DNA of 64,000 nt. Origin: Polyangiaceae bacterium. Lineage in GTDB: Bacteria > Myxococcota_A > Polyangia > Polyangiales > Polyangiaceae. Every line of letters starts with the position of its first letter. Positions within the stretch are counted from its first letter, which is position 1. Position numbers and translations under genes: made by a program. The stretch is taken from assembly GCA_035063585.1 (NCBI GenBank), contig JAPSGB010000014.1:1-64000 (forward strand). The letters are read 5' to 3'. This document shows, piece after piece, positions 46,982 through 56,992 of this stretch. The notes beneath the pieces were generated by a model that had not been told where the DNA came from, made no database searches, and worked only from the letters and a program-made list of their open reading frames with translations.

Positions 46982-47626
46982 TCAGTCGCCGAGCGTCCAG
47001 GGCTCGCGGCGCGCGGCCTCGACCCACTCCTGCATGGGCGGGTAGGCCCACACCGCGTCCGCGTACGACGCCTCGACCGGGTCGAGCGGGACGCCGTAGG
47101 TGCGAAACCGGCTCACGATGGGCGCGAACATCGCGTCGGCGACCCCGAACGAGCCGAAGAGGAAGCGCTGCCCCGAGCCGCCGAAGCGCGCGCGGCAGTC
47201 CCGCCACAACTCGCACACCCGCGCCACCTCGGCCGCGACCGCTTCCGAGTCAGCGTGGCTCGAGCGCTCGGCGCGGACGTTCATCGGCATCGCCCGGCGC
47301 ACCGCCGTGAAGCCGGCGTGCATCTCCGCGCTGACCGCGCGCGCCACCGCGCGCGCCGCGCGATCGGTGGGCCAGAGCCCGGCGGAAGGGAAACGTTCTG
47401 CCACGTACTCGCAGATGGCGAGCGATTCGTGGATGACGAGTGTGCCGTCGATGAGGACCGGCACTCGACCGGAAGGCGAGCGCGCGGCGAGCCTCGCCGC
47501 GGTGTCGGGCTGGTCGAGCGGGATGAGCTCTTCGTCGAACGACGCGTTCGCGGCGCGGAGCGCGAGCCACGCGCGGAGCGACCACGACGAGTAGTTCTTG
47601 TTACCGATGACCAGCGTGGTGGACAC
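46982..47626 (-). CDS. Glutathione S-transferase family protein
   Basis: IGNKNYSSWSLRAWL, SPSGRVPVL, ESLAICEY, ADAMFAP. Confidence 0.9.
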   Translation of the reverse strand: MSTTLVIGNKNYSSWSLRAWLALRAANASFDEELIPLDQPDTAARLAARSPSGRVPVLIDGTLVIHESLAICEYVAERFPSAGLWPTDRAARAVARAVSAEMHAGFTAVRRAMPMNVRAERSSHADSEAVAAEVARVCELWRDCRARFGGSGQRFLFGSFGVADAMFAPIVSRFRTYGVPLDPVEASYADAVWAYPPMQEWVEAARREPWTLGD

Positions 47627-47701
47627 GTCGACCTCGACGCCATCAGGCAGGCTCAGGGCGCCTGCGTCAAGACCGCGCGAGCGCGTCGCGGGCGCCGACG
47701 C

Positions 47702-48322
47702 TCAGTACACGACCGAGTCGTTCGCTGGAGGCGCGGGCTCCGCCGGCGGGTCTTCCTCGTCGTCGCCGGCCGGCTCTTCGGTGTCGCCGCCGCTCGGCGC
47801 CGGCGCGGCGCGTGTGAGGTTCGGAACGAACGGTCGCGCGAGCGGGCGACCGATGATGCGCGCCGCCGCCGGCGGCGCCTCGACCTCCTCCTCCTCTTCT
47901 TCTTCTTGCCCGACCGGCTCGGGGGGCGGGGGCGGCGGAGGAGGAGGGGGCGGCGCGACGAACTCCGGCGTCACCGCGGGAGGAGGCGACTCGACCGCGC
48001 GCGGGATGGCCGGCGTCACCGGGCTGGGGGGGGGAGTATCGAAACCGAACGCGTTCGCTGCGGCCGCGTTCGAGCCGGGGCTCGGACGCAGCGTGCGTGA
48101 GCGGCGCGCGCCGCTCGCCCCGCTGCCGAGCGCGTCGGTGGTGATGACGCCGGCGTCGGGCGCGAAGCCCGTCTGGGGCGAGCGGGCGATCTTGGCTTCA
48201 CCGATGCGGTCCGGCACCGCGAGCACGACGAGCCCCACGTATGAGAGCGCCGCTCCCACGAGCGCGTAGAACGGCGTCCACCGCCAGCGCACCGCCGAAG
48301 TCATGACGCTCGCCGCTCCCAT
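47702..48322 (-). CDS. Hypothetical single-TM protein with a Pro/Glu-rich disordered tail
   Basis: N-terminal hydrophobic segment, poly-Pro and poly-Glu runs; fills the gap on the same strand as its neighbours. Confidence 0.5.
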   Translation of the reverse strand: MGAASVMTSAVRWRWTPFYALVGAALSYVGLVVLAVPDRIGEAKIARSPQTGFAPDAGVITTDALGSGASGARRSRTLRPSPGSNAAAANAFGFDTPPPSPVTPAIPRAVESPPPAVTPEFVAPPPPPPPPPPPEPVGQEEEEEEEVEAPPAAARIIGRPLARPFVPNLTRAAPAPSGGDTEEPAGDDEEDPPAEPAPPANDSVVY

Positions 48323-48409
48323 GTTGTGGCGCCCTCGGGCGATGATAGCGCGCGCCCGACGCTCCGCCAATACCGCGGGTTCCCTCAATGGTTTCGCGAC
48401 GCTCGGAGC

Positions 48410-49582
48410 TCAGCCGCCGTCGCTCGCGTCCTCGGCTTCGGGCGGAGTGGCGTCGTCGAGGTCGTCCAGATAGCCCTCGGGGAGGCTCACCTGCTGAGTC
48501 CCGGCGCTCTTGCCGCGTGGGACGCGCATCGCCGAGAGCGGAAACGGCTGCTCGCGGTCGACCGCGACGAGCGCCTGGCGCAAGTCCTCGAGGGACTCGA
48601 TCTGCATCAGCGCCGCGCGGAGCTGCGCGCTGCCGCGGAACCCCTTCGTGTACCAGGTCGCGTGACGGCGGAAGGAGCGCATCGCCGGTCCCTCGCCGAG
48701 CCACTCCGCAAGCAGGCTCGCGTGCTCGAGCATCACCTCGACGACCTCACCGAGCCGCGGCGGGTCCTCGGGAACCCTGCCGTCGAACGCTTGGGAGAGC
48801 TCGCGGAACAGCCAGGGCCGGCCGAGGCAGCCGCGCCCCACCACCACGCCGTCGCAGCCCGTCTCGCGCATCATGCGGAGCGCGTCGCCCGCCTCGAAGA
48901 TGTCGCCGTTGCCGAGCACCGGGATCGACACCGCTCGCTTGAGCTCGCCGATCGCCTCCCAGCGCGCCTCGCCATCGTAGAGTTGGGCCGCGGTGCGAGC
49001 GTGGAGCGCGACGCACGCCACACCCTCGCCTTCGCCGATGTGTCCCGCGTCGAGGAAGGTGGTGAGGTGGTCATCGATGCCGATGCGGAACTTGATGGTC
49101 ACCGGGACCGTCCCGGCCGCCTGCACGGCGGCCCGGACGATGTCGCGGAGGAGCCGGCGCTTCACCGGGATGGCGGCGCCGCCGCCCTTGCGGGTCACCT
49201 TTCGCACGGGGCACCCGAAGTTCATGTCGATGTGGTCGACGCGGCCCTCCCCCGTGAGGCGTCGCACCGCCTCACCGACATAATAGGGGTCGACGCCGTA
49301 GAGCTGGAGGCTGCGCGGAGACTCGTTTGGGCCGAAATCTGCTAGCTTCAGGGTCTTGTCCCGCCCCTCGACCAGGGGCCGCGCCGTGATCATCTCGCTC
49401 ACATAGAGCCCCGCGCCGAAGCGACGACAGAGGGCGCGGAACGGGTAGTTGGTCACGCCAGCCATCGGCGCGAGCACCACCGGTGGCCACACCGTGAGCG
49501 GGCCGACCACGAGCGGAGCGAACTCGCCGGCGCGCGCCGGCGGGACGTCCCGGTTCTTCGGAGAAGCGTAGCCGACGCCCAT
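48410..49582 (-). CDS. dusB: tRNA-dihydrouridine synthase
   Basis: LAPMAGVT, SEM, DMNFGCP, LHART, GNGDI, VGRG. Confidence 0.9.
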   Translation of the reverse strand: MGVGYASPKNRDVPPARAGEFAPLVVGPLTVWPPVVLAPMAGVTNYPFRALCRRFGAGLYVSEMITARPLVEGRDKTLKLADFGPNESPRSLQLYGVDPYYVGEAVRRLTGEGRVDHIDMNFGCPVRKVTRKGGGAAIPVKRRLLRDIVRAAVQAAGTVPVTIKFRIGIDDHLTTFLDAGHIGEGEGVACVALHARTAAQLYDGEARWEAIGELKRAVSIPVLGNGDIFEAGDALRMMRETGCDGVVVGRGCLGRPWLFRELSQAFDGRVPEDPPRLGEVVEVMLEHASLLAEWLGEGPAMRSFRRHATWYTKGFRGSAQLRAALMQIESLEDLRQALVAVDREQPFPLSAMRVPRGKSAGTQQVSLPEGYLDDLDDATPPEAEDASDGG

Positions 49583-49740
49583 GGGGCGCGAAGCATGGGC
49601 GCGGCGCGCGACTCACGCCACCCGGGGCCCGGGCGTCCGCTCCGCGCCGCGATTTGGTCGAGCGGGAGGAAATTGCCCCCACCATCGCGTTGCGAAGCAG
49701 TAGGATGGTGTACGTCCGCTACCGGTCGAGATCCCCACAA

Positions 49741-50397
49741 ATGTCTGGTCCTGGATACTGGCTGGTCGTCGAAGACGACGAAAAGGTGGCGAACGTGCTG
49801 CGCCGCGTGCTCGAGCGATTTCGAGTGACCCAGGTCGTCGCCACGGTCCAGGCGGCCAAGGCGCTCCTGGCGACCGACGCGCGGTGGACGGGACTGATCG
49901 TGGACCTCGGCCTCCCCGACGGCTCCGGCTTCGAGGTCGTGATGCACGCGCGGCGCGCGATGCCGCTGGTGCCCATCCTGGTGCTCACCGGACAGCACGA
50001 GCGCGACGACATCAACCGCGCGCATCAGCTCCGCGCCGAGTACCTGGTGAAGCCAGCCTCAGCTCCCGAGCTGTTCGGGTTCCTGCGGCGCGCGGTCTCG
50101 CTCGAGCGGGTCCCGAACGAGCGCGTCGCTTGGCTGGTGGAAGAGCTCACCAAGCGGCTCCGGCTCACCGCGCGCGAAGCAGAGCTCATCGCCGCGGCGG
50201 TGGCGAACACCCCGCGGAGCGAGCTGCGCGAGCAGTTTTCCATCACCGACAACACGCTGAAGACCCAGATCCGTCAAGTCCTGCAGAAGACGGGCTTCGA
50301 ATCGCTCGATGCGCTCGCCAAGGCCATCCTCCGCGCGGCGCTGACCGGGTCCGACGCGACGCTGAGCGCGCTCACCAGCGAACCGCACGGGCACTGA
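49741..50397 (+). CDS. Response regulator with C-terminal LuxR-like HTH
   Basis: VVEDD, VDLGLPDGSG, LTG, YLVKP, LTAREAE. Confidence 0.82.
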   Translation: MSGPGYWLVVEDDEKVANVLRRVLERFRVTQVVATVQAAKALLATDARWTGLIVDLGLPDGSGFEVVMHARRAMPLVPILVLTGQHERDDINRAHQLRAEYLVKPASAPELFGFLRRAVSLERVPNERVAWLVEELTKRLRLTAREAELIAAAVANTPRSELREQFSITDNTLKTQIRQVLQKTGFESLDALAKAILRAALTGSDATLSALTSEPHGH

Positions 50398-50408
50398 GGG
50401 CGCGGGCG

Positions 50409-50987
50409 TCAGCGGCGGGCGCACCCGAGTCGCCCCGAGAGTCCCCAGCGCGTGGTCATCCCGACCGTGTGCCCTGCGACGCGCCCTCTCGGATCGACGA
50501 AGTACGTGGTGGGAAACGCGCCCACGTGATACGCGCGGAGCACCGCCTCGTTGCCGAGCAGAATCGGGTACTTCAGCTCATGCTCGGATGCGAACGCGCG
50601 GATCCGCTCGCGGTCGTCGCCGTCGGCGACCACGGTGAGCATCGCTTGGTCGGGTCCGAGCCCGCGACTCACCGCGTTCAGCGCGCCGAACTCCTGCCGA
50701 CACACGCCGCACCAGGTCGCCCAGAATTGAATCATGACGGATTTTCCGCGGAGGTCGGAGAGCTTCACCTCATGCCCGTCGAGATCGAGCAGCGCGAGCT
50801 CGGGCGCCAGGTCGGTGCCGGTGGCGAGCAAGTCCTTCTCGCGCCAGGCAGACACCGCGAAGTAGACGAGGAGGACCAGCGCGATCTCGAGGAGCCAGCG
50901 AAGCCGTCGCGCTCCGCGCGGTCTGGTCTGCTGCTCGGCCGACGTTGCCGCAGCTTCCGTCGCCGGTGTCCCGGGCGGCCTGTTCAC
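50409..50987 (-). CDS. TlpA-family thiol-disulfide oxidoreductase
   Basis: TM anchor, FWATWCGVC, FPTTYFVD. Confidence 0.85.
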   Translation of the reverse strand: MNRPPGTPATEAAATSAEQQTRPRGARRLRWLLEIALVLLVYFAVSAWREKDLLATGTDLAPELALLDLDGHEVKLSDLRGKSVMIQFWATWCGVCRQEFGALNAVSRGLGPDQAMLTVVADGDDRERIRAFASEHELKYPILLGNEAVLRAYHVGAFPTTYFVDPRGRVAGHTVGMTTRWGLSGRLGCARR

Positions 50988-51292
50988 GGGCGCCTCGCGC
51001 GTCCTTGAAGGAGCGCGCGCACCGCGTGGCGGGCGAGCATCGGCGCCGAGAAGATCGAGCGCGCGAGGGAGCCCGCGAGCGCGATGGGAGAGCTGCCCCG
51101 CGCCTCGATGGCGACGCGTTCGCCGGTCGCCGCATCTTCCATCGCGCCGCGCGCGATGGTGCGGGTGCCGTCCGAGCGGATCTCGACGATCAGTCGCGCT
51201 ACGACCGGCGGCTCATCGGGGGGAGCCGCGAGCGGCGTCGCTCGATTCGGCGCGAGCTCGGCTCGGTCGCTATCCCCGTCGTCGGCGCCCAT
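50984..51292 (-). CDS. Small hypothetical protein
   Basis: Coupled to tlpA (GTGA); protein-like core VVARLIVEIRSDGTRTIARG. Confidence 0.6.
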   Translation of the reverse strand: MGADDGDSDRAELAPNRATPLAAPPDEPPVVARLIVEIRSDGTRTIARGAMEDAATGERVAIEARGSSPIALAGSLARSIFSAPMLARHAVRALLQGRARRP

Positions 51293-51343
51293 GCGGGACC
51301 CTTAGCGCGGCGCACCGTCGCTCGCCAACCGCGCGCGTCATGG

Positions 51344-52411
51344 CTAGCTGCGCGATGGAGTCCGGACGTGGAGCGGCTCGATCCGCTCGGGCGCTGCCGC
51401 CGGTTGAATCGAGTAACCGGTGCCACGCCGCTCAGCGGGTTCTTCTCGTGGTTGTCGGTCCGGCGCGGGAACCGAGGGGGGAGTGGGCACGGTCAAGAGC
51501 GCGGCCAGCTCCGCGGGCGGCGTCGGGTGGCTGCTCGGCCTCTCGCCGCGCTCCGCGGGCGCGGGCCGGGCCGGCTCCGCGTCCACCCGTGGTCTCGGGC
51601 CGATCGGGTTGGTCTTTCGTTGGCTCGCTGCGGTGCTCTTGGCCGCGACCGGCTCGGCAGGCCCGGGGTCGGGAGGTGGCGGTTGCGTGGGGAGCGCGTC
51701 GCGTCGCGCGGGCCCCGTGGCGTCGAGCGCGCGCTGCGCTTCGTCTCGCTGCGTCTGCAACCGCCTGAGCACCTCGCGCGAGCGATTGCGCTCGGCGGTG
51801 AGCGCGTCGATCTCTCGACGCGCTCCGGCCAGCTCGCGCATGAGCGCGTCGGCGTCGAGCGCTTCCGAGCTCCGCGAGTCGATGAGCGGTTGCACTCGTC
51901 CCCCGGGGAGCGTGCGCTCCGCGGCCGACCCGCTTCGGTGCTTGGCCTCGAGCGCCTCGAGCGCGTCATCGTGCTCCTCGATGAGCGCGGCCAGAAAGCG
52001 GTCCTGCTCCTCCACCAGGAAGGCGCGCTCGCGCGAGGCTCGCGCGCGTTCGAGGTCGAGCGCCTCGAGCGCCGCGGAGTGCTCGCCGCGCAGGCGCCTG
52101 AGTTGCTCCTCGAGCTCGGCGTTGCGATCGGTGGCGACCCGCAAGAGGCGCTTCGCCGAGCTCAGCTCCTCCACGAGCTGTCCGGTGGACTCACGCGCAC
52201 CGTTCAGCCCGTCGCTCATCTCGCGCACCGCGCGGAAGAGCGCGCTGAGGCTCGCCTCGGTGCGCGTGCCGGCGACGAGCGCCGCTTGGACCCGCTCCTC
52301 GATGGCGTTCGTCGCGGTGGGGTCGGTGTTCGCCGCTGGCTCGCGGCCACCGCCAGGGGCGGCGCCGCGCGCGCCGGCCGGGAGCTCTCGCGAGTCCACC
52401 ATCGGGCTCAT
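51344..52411 (-). CDS. Coiled-coil protein with a Pro-rich tail
   Basis: Heptad E/R/L-rich segments; coding-like composition. Confidence 0.6.
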   Translation of the reverse strand: MSPMVDSRELPAGARGAAPGGGREPAANTDPTATNAIEERVQAALVAGTRTEASLSALFRAVREMSDGLNGARESTGQLVEELSSAKRLLRVATDRNAELEEQLRRLRGEHSAALEALDLERARASRERAFLVEEQDRFLAALIEEHDDALEALEAKHRSGSAAERTLPGGRVQPLIDSRSSEALDADALMRELAGARREIDALTAERNRSREVLRRLQTQRDEAQRALDATGPARRDALPTQPPPPDPGPAEPVAAKSTAASQRKTNPIGPRPRVDAEPARPAPAERGERPSSHPTPPAELAALLTVPTPPSVPAPDRQPREEPAERRGTGYSIQPAAAPERIEPLHVRTPSRS

Positions 52412-52562
52412 CGTAGCAGCCGGGAAGAGCCGCGTGAACCTTGCGAAGCAATCCGAATTTGTCCGCTGAATCCAGCTGTTACCGCGCTTCCGAGAGCGGC
52501 GCCCGAGCTCGCGCCAGCGCGTGTGAGGCCGGGTCCCCGGCTCTGAGTCAAGCTGCTAGGAT

Positions 52563-53486
52563 GTGCTAGCCGTGCGTTTCGTCCGCTCGACCCTCGCTCT
52601 GATGACGGTCGCGATGGTCATCGGCTGCCGCGCCGGAGACCACGCGGGCGACCCAGCGCCCGCCAGAGCGAGCGCCTCGGCGTTCGTCGCGCCGCCACCG
52701 CTCGAGGAGCCCTCGCTCCTCGCCGGGGCGCCAATCACCTTCCGCACCAGCGACGGGGCGACCCTCGCCGGCGATCTCTACTTGGCGAAGGAGCGCCGGT
52801 CGCCGGCGGTCGTGCTCGTGCACCGGCAGTTCCGTGATCGCGGGGAGTGGCGACCACTCGTCGACGTGCTGCGGGGTGCCAAGGCCCCCTGCACCGTGCT
52901 CGCCTTCGATCTGCGTGGGCAGGGGGAGTCCGGTCTCCCGCCCGCGCGCCCGGCTCAGAAGCGGGCGGCGACCAGCAGTTCCGAGGATGTGCGCGCGGCC
53001 ATCGCCGCGGTCGTCGAGGCGACCGACGGCGCTACCAGCGGGGTCGTGCTGATCGGCTCATCGCTCGGCGCGGCGCTGGTCGCGCAGGCGGCGGTGAGCG
53101 AGCCGAAGGTGGTGGCGCTCGGGATGATCTCGCCGGGAATGGATCTCGACGGACAAGACGCGCTGCATCCTTTCGCGACGGTCCGCGAGTTGCCCGCCTT
53201 CATAGCCATGGCCGCTGATGACAACGTGAGTAGGGAGCCGGTCGCGCTGCTCGAGCGGATCGCCAAGTCGGGGACCGTCAAACGCTATCCGGGCGCGGGG
53301 CATGGTGCCGACGCGCTCGGCGCCCAGGCCCCGGCGCTGTTCGCGGATCTGGAGGGCTGGCTCGAGAGCGTTCGCGACGCGAAGCCCATCCCGAGGGAGC
53401 CCGAAGGCTCGCCGGTGCGCGGCGCGGCCGTCGCAGAGCCGGCCGGCAAGAGGGCGCGTGCGTCTGCCGGCGGAGGGCGGCCGTGA
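52563..53486 (+). CDS. Exported alpha/beta hydrolase
   Basis: VIGC lipobox-like, FDLRGQG, GSSLG nucleophile elbow, GH. Coupled to cheY. Confidence 0.75.
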   Translation: MLAVRFVRSTLALMTVAMVIGCRAGDHAGDPAPARASASAFVAPPPLEEPSLLAGAPITFRTSDGATLAGDLYLAKERRSPAVVLVHRQFRDRGEWRPLVDVLRGAKAPCTVLAFDLRGQGESGLPPARPAQKRAATSSSEDVRAAIAAVVEATDGATSGVVLIGSSLGAALVAQAAVSEPKVVALGMISPGMDLDGQDALHPFATVRELPAFIAMAADDNVSREPVALLERIAKSGTVKRYPGAGHGADALGAQAPALFADLEGWLESVRDAKPIPREPEGSPVRGAAVAEPAGKRARASAGGGRP

Positions 53487-53878
53487 CGCGCATCTTGATC
53501 GTCGAAGACTCCACGAGCATGCGCGCGTTCGTGCGTAGCGCGCTCGAGGCGGGCCTCTCTGGGCACGGGGAGGCAGAGGTGGTGGAGGCGGCGAGCGGCT
53601 TCGATGCGCTCCGGCTCTTGCCCCGGGGCCACTACGACATCGTCATTACCGACATCAACATGCCGGACATCAACGGCCTCGAGTTGGTGCAGTTCATGCG
53701 TAAGAGCGACCGACATCGCGAGACGCCGGTCCTGCTCATCTCCACCCAGTCCGCCGAGCGCGATCGCGACCGCGGGATGTCGCTCGGGGCGAACGGCTAC
53801 CTGACCAAGCCGTTCACGCCCGAGTCGCTGAGAGCGGAGGCACAGCGGCTGCTCGCCGCGTCCCCTCGAGCCTCATGA
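53483..53878 (+). CDS. cheY: Single-domain response regulator (CheY-like)
   Basis: IVEDS, TDINMP, IST, LTKPF. Confidence 0.85.
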   Translation: MTRILIVEDSTSMRAFVRSALEAGLSGHGEAEVVEAASGFDALRLLPRGHYDIVITDINMPDINGLELVQFMRKSDRHRETPVLLISTQSAERDRDRGMSLGANGYLTKPFTPESLRAEAQRLLAASPRAS

Positions 53879-55992
53879 CCGAGCCGGGCGACAAGGCACG
53901 CGAGGAGTTCTTCTCCGAGGCCCAGGAGATCATCGAGAGCTTCTCGAGGAACCTCCTGGCGCTCGACGCCGAGCAGAAGGCTGGCCGGAGCGATCCGTCG
54001 CTCATCAACGAGGCCTTTCGCGCGGTACACACGCTGAAGGGTCTGGCGGGGCTCTTCGGCGCGGCTCGGATGGGAGCGCTCTCGCACCGCCTCGAGGACG
54101 TGCTCGATGACTTGCGGCTCGGACGTCTGGAGGCGACTCCTCGCATCCTCGACGTCCTCTTCCGCGCAGTGGATGTCTTCGCCGAGATCCTATCGGTCGA
54201 GCGCGCCGGGGATGATGCGCCGCTCGCGTCCCTCGACGAGCTCATGGCGCAGCTCGCCACCATCGAGCTCGGGGCCCCGCCGGCGAGCGCGCCGAGCTCC
54301 GACTACGAGCTCGACCCGGGCATGCTGGCGGTGCTCACCGAGTACGAAGAGCATCGGCTGCGGGCCAACATCGAGCAAGGACTAGGACTCTACCGCCTCC
54401 GCGTGCTCTTCGACCTCGCTTCCATCGACAAGGCGCTCGAAGACATCAAGGAGCGCGCCAAAGGTCACGGCGAGATCGTCACCTATCTTCCCACCGGGGA
54501 GTCGACCAGCGCCGACGCCATCGAGCTCGATCTGCTCATGGCATCGCGCTCGGATCTCGCGACGCTCGTGTTCGCGCTCGGCGCCGATAACGTGGTGATC
54601 GAGGAGGTGCCGCGCCGCCAGCGCAAGTCGCTCGCTTCGGGGCAGACGGTGCCGCCAGTGCTCGCGGGGCCGAGCGTAGAGCCGAGAGCGCTCGACGGTG
54701 CCGGCGAGCGGGACTCGGAGGGCGAGCACGCGGTCATCGAGGTTGCGGGGTCGCTCCGCTCGTTGACGCACACGGTGCGGGTCGACATTCGCAAGCTGGA
54801 TCACCTGATGAACATCGTCGGGGAGCTCGCCATCGTGCGCGGCAACCTCTCGCGCCTCGCCGAGCGCCTACGCGGGGACGGCCAACGTCATCTGGCGACC
54901 GAGCTCCTCAGGCTGCACCGCAACTTCGATCGGCGGCTCGCAGAGATGCAAGGCGGCATCCTCGAGGTGCGGATGGTGCCGCTCGGGCAGGTGTTCGATC
55001 GGCTCGCGCGGGTGGTGCGGCAGATCAGCCGCGACGCGGAGAAGGAGATCCGCTTGGTCATCACTGGCTCCGAGACGGAGATAGACAAGCTCATCGTCGA
55101 GGAGCTCAGCGATCCGCTGATGCACATGATTCGCAACGCCATCGACCACGGCATCGAGGCCGCCCAGGACAGGAGCAGCGTCGGCAAGCCGGTGGCCGGG
55201 ACCATCGCGCTCAACGCCTTCCAGAAGGGCAACCACGTGATGATCGAGATCGAGGATGACGGCCGCGGCATCGACGAGGAGGCGGTGTTGGCGAAGGCTG
55301 CTGCCCTCGGAAAGATCGAGCGGGGGAGCGGCGCCGAGCTCACTCGAGACGAGGTGATCGGGCTCATTTTCTTGCCGGGTGTGAGCACGCGTGAGGCGGC
55401 AAGTGACCTGAGCGGGCGCGGAGTCGGAATGGACGTCGTCAAGACCAACATCGCGCGGCTCGGCGGTGTGATCGACGTGCAGAGTGAGCGCGGCATCGGT
55501 ACCAAGATGACGATCACTCTCCCCATAACGCTCGCGATCGTGAGCGCGCTCCTGGTCGAGGTGGGGCCTCACACGTTCGCGGTTCCCCTGAACAGCGTCA
55601 CCGAAGCGCTTGCCTTCGACGGCACCGGCGTGCGCGTCGTCGACGGCCGTGAGGTCATGACACTCAGAGGGACGACCCTGCCGCTCTGTCGGATGGATCG
55701 GTTGTTCGGCATCACCGGCGCGGAGCATCCGAGCAAGGTTCGTCGCTTCGTGGTGGTGGCGACCGTGGGTAGTCGCCGGCTGGGGCTGGTCGTCGATCAT
55801 CTGGTGGGGCAGCAGGACATCGTGATCAAGGCGCTAGGGCCATCTCTCGCTGGCGTGCGAGGGTTCTCGGGCGCCACCGAGCTCGGCGACCAGCGCGTCG
55901 CGCTCGTGCTCGACGCCGGCGGACTCATCGAGGAAGCGTTCAGTAGCCTGGAGGACAGGCAACTCCCTTCGCCGTCGAGGCTAGATGGCTGA
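53875..55992 (+). CDS. cheA: Chemotaxis histidine kinase
   Basis: FRAVHTLKG (Hpt), HMIRNAIDHG, DDGRG, SGRGVGMDVV, C-terminal CheW domain. Confidence 0.95.
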   Translation: MTEPGDKAREEFFSEAQEIIESFSRNLLALDAEQKAGRSDPSLINEAFRAVHTLKGLAGLFGAARMGALSHRLEDVLDDLRLGRLEATPRILDVLFRAVDVFAEILSVERAGDDAPLASLDELMAQLATIELGAPPASAPSSDYELDPGMLAVLTEYEEHRLRANIEQGLGLYRLRVLFDLASIDKALEDIKERAKGHGEIVTYLPTGESTSADAIELDLLMASRSDLATLVFALGADNVVIEEVPRRQRKSLASGQTVPPVLAGPSVEPRALDGAGERDSEGEHAVIEVAGSLRSLTHTVRVDIRKLDHLMNIVGELAIVRGNLSRLAERLRGDGQRHLATELLRLHRNFDRRLAEMQGGILEVRMVPLGQVFDRLARVVRQISRDAEKEIRLVITGSETEIDKLIVEELSDPLMHMIRNAIDHGIEAAQDRSSVGKPVAGTIALNAFQKGNHVMIEIEDDGRGIDEEAVLAKAAALGKIERGSGAELTRDEVIGLIFLPGVSTREAASDLSGRGVGMDVVKTNIARLGGVIDVQSERGIGTKMTITLPITLAIVSALLVEVGPHTFAVPLNSVTEALAFDGTGVRVVDGREVMTLRGTTLPLCRMDRLFGITGAEHPSKVRRFVVVATVGSRRLGLVVDHLVGQQDIVIKALGPSLAGVRGFSGATELGDQRVALVLDAGGLIEEAFSSLEDRQLPSPSRLDG

Positions 55993-56467
55993 CCTGGTTC
56001 GTCGCTCGGCGAGCCGGCTCGCGCGGCACGCGAAGGATCGTGGCCCCGTGCGCGAGTTCCTCTCGTTCGGCTTGGCGAACGAGCTCTACGCGGTCGAGCT
56101 CACGCGTATCCGCGAGATCCTCTCGCCGCCACCCATGACTCGCGTGCCTCGCGCGCCCCAGAGCATCGTCGGTATTTGCAGCGTGCGCGGTCTCCTGGTC
56201 ACCGTGCTCGACCTCCGGCGCTGCCTGCGTCTCACCGAGCTGCCGCTGACGCGCCGCGCGCGGATCCTGCTCGTAGAAGCCGATGCGGGAGAGGCCGTCG
56301 GTCTCTTGGTCGACGAGGTGAGGCAGGTGGTTCGTTTGAGTGAGGGAGAGATCGAGCTCTCGACGTCGGTGCTTGGGGGTGACGCTTCCGAGCATGTGCT
56401 CGGGGTCGGACGCCCGCACGGCGAGCTCTTGGTCTTGCTCGATATCGGCGGCATCGTTCGACGCTAG
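55985..56467 (+). CDS. cheW: CheW adaptor
   Basis: IREI, TRVP, GICSVRG, GLLVD. Confidence 0.88.
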   Translation: MADLVRRSASRLARHAKDRGPVREFLSFGLANELYAVELTRIREILSPPPMTRVPRAPQSIVGICSVRGLLVTVLDLRRCLRLTELPLTRRARILLVEADAGEAVGLLVDEVRQVVRLSEGEIELSTSVLGGDASEHVLGVGRPHGELLVLLDIGGIVRR

Positions 56468-56488
56468 CAACCGAGGAGTGACTCGGAG

Positions 56489-56992
56489 ATGGCCATCTCA
56501 AGTGACAAGCAGCGCGCGGATTCGCAGAAGACTCTGGTCGGTTTCGTGGTCGGAGCGGTCGCCTACGCCGTGCCGATCGACGCGGTGAGGGAGGTCGTGA
56601 ACCCCCTCGAGCTCACCGCGCTTCCTCACGCAGCCCCAGCGGTTGCCGGGGTGGCGGATCATCGCGGCGAGGTGGTGCCCATCGTAGATCTCCGGCGGAG
56701 GTTCGGGCTTGCCGAGCGATCCGAGCTCGGCCGCTCCAAGTGGATACTGGTCGATGTCGGAGGGCGAACCGTGGGCCTCGCCGTCGACGCCGTGACCGAG
56801 GTGTTCGGCACGTCCGGAGAGGGACTCAGGCCACCCCCATCGCTCGGAGCGGGAGATGAGCGTCGAGGGATCATTGGGGTGACGACTCACGACGAGCGGC
56901 TCACCTTCGTGCTCGACGTCGCCCGCTTCGAGTCGCTGGTCGCTCCGCTCGATGAGGCGGGGTTACTCCGGGCAGTGGCGGTGGGCGATTGA
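56489..56992 (+). CDS. cheW: CheW adaptor (second copy)
   Basis: VREV, LPHAAP, GVADHRG, GLAVDAV. Confidence 0.88.
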   Translation: MAISSDKQRADSQKTLVGFVVGAVAYAVPIDAVREVVNPLELTALPHAAPAVAGVADHRGEVVPIVDLRRRFGLAERSELGRSKWILVDVGGRTVGLAVDAVTEVFGTSGEGLRPPPSLGAGDERRGIIGVTTHDERLTFVLDVARFESLVAPLDEAGLLRAVAVGD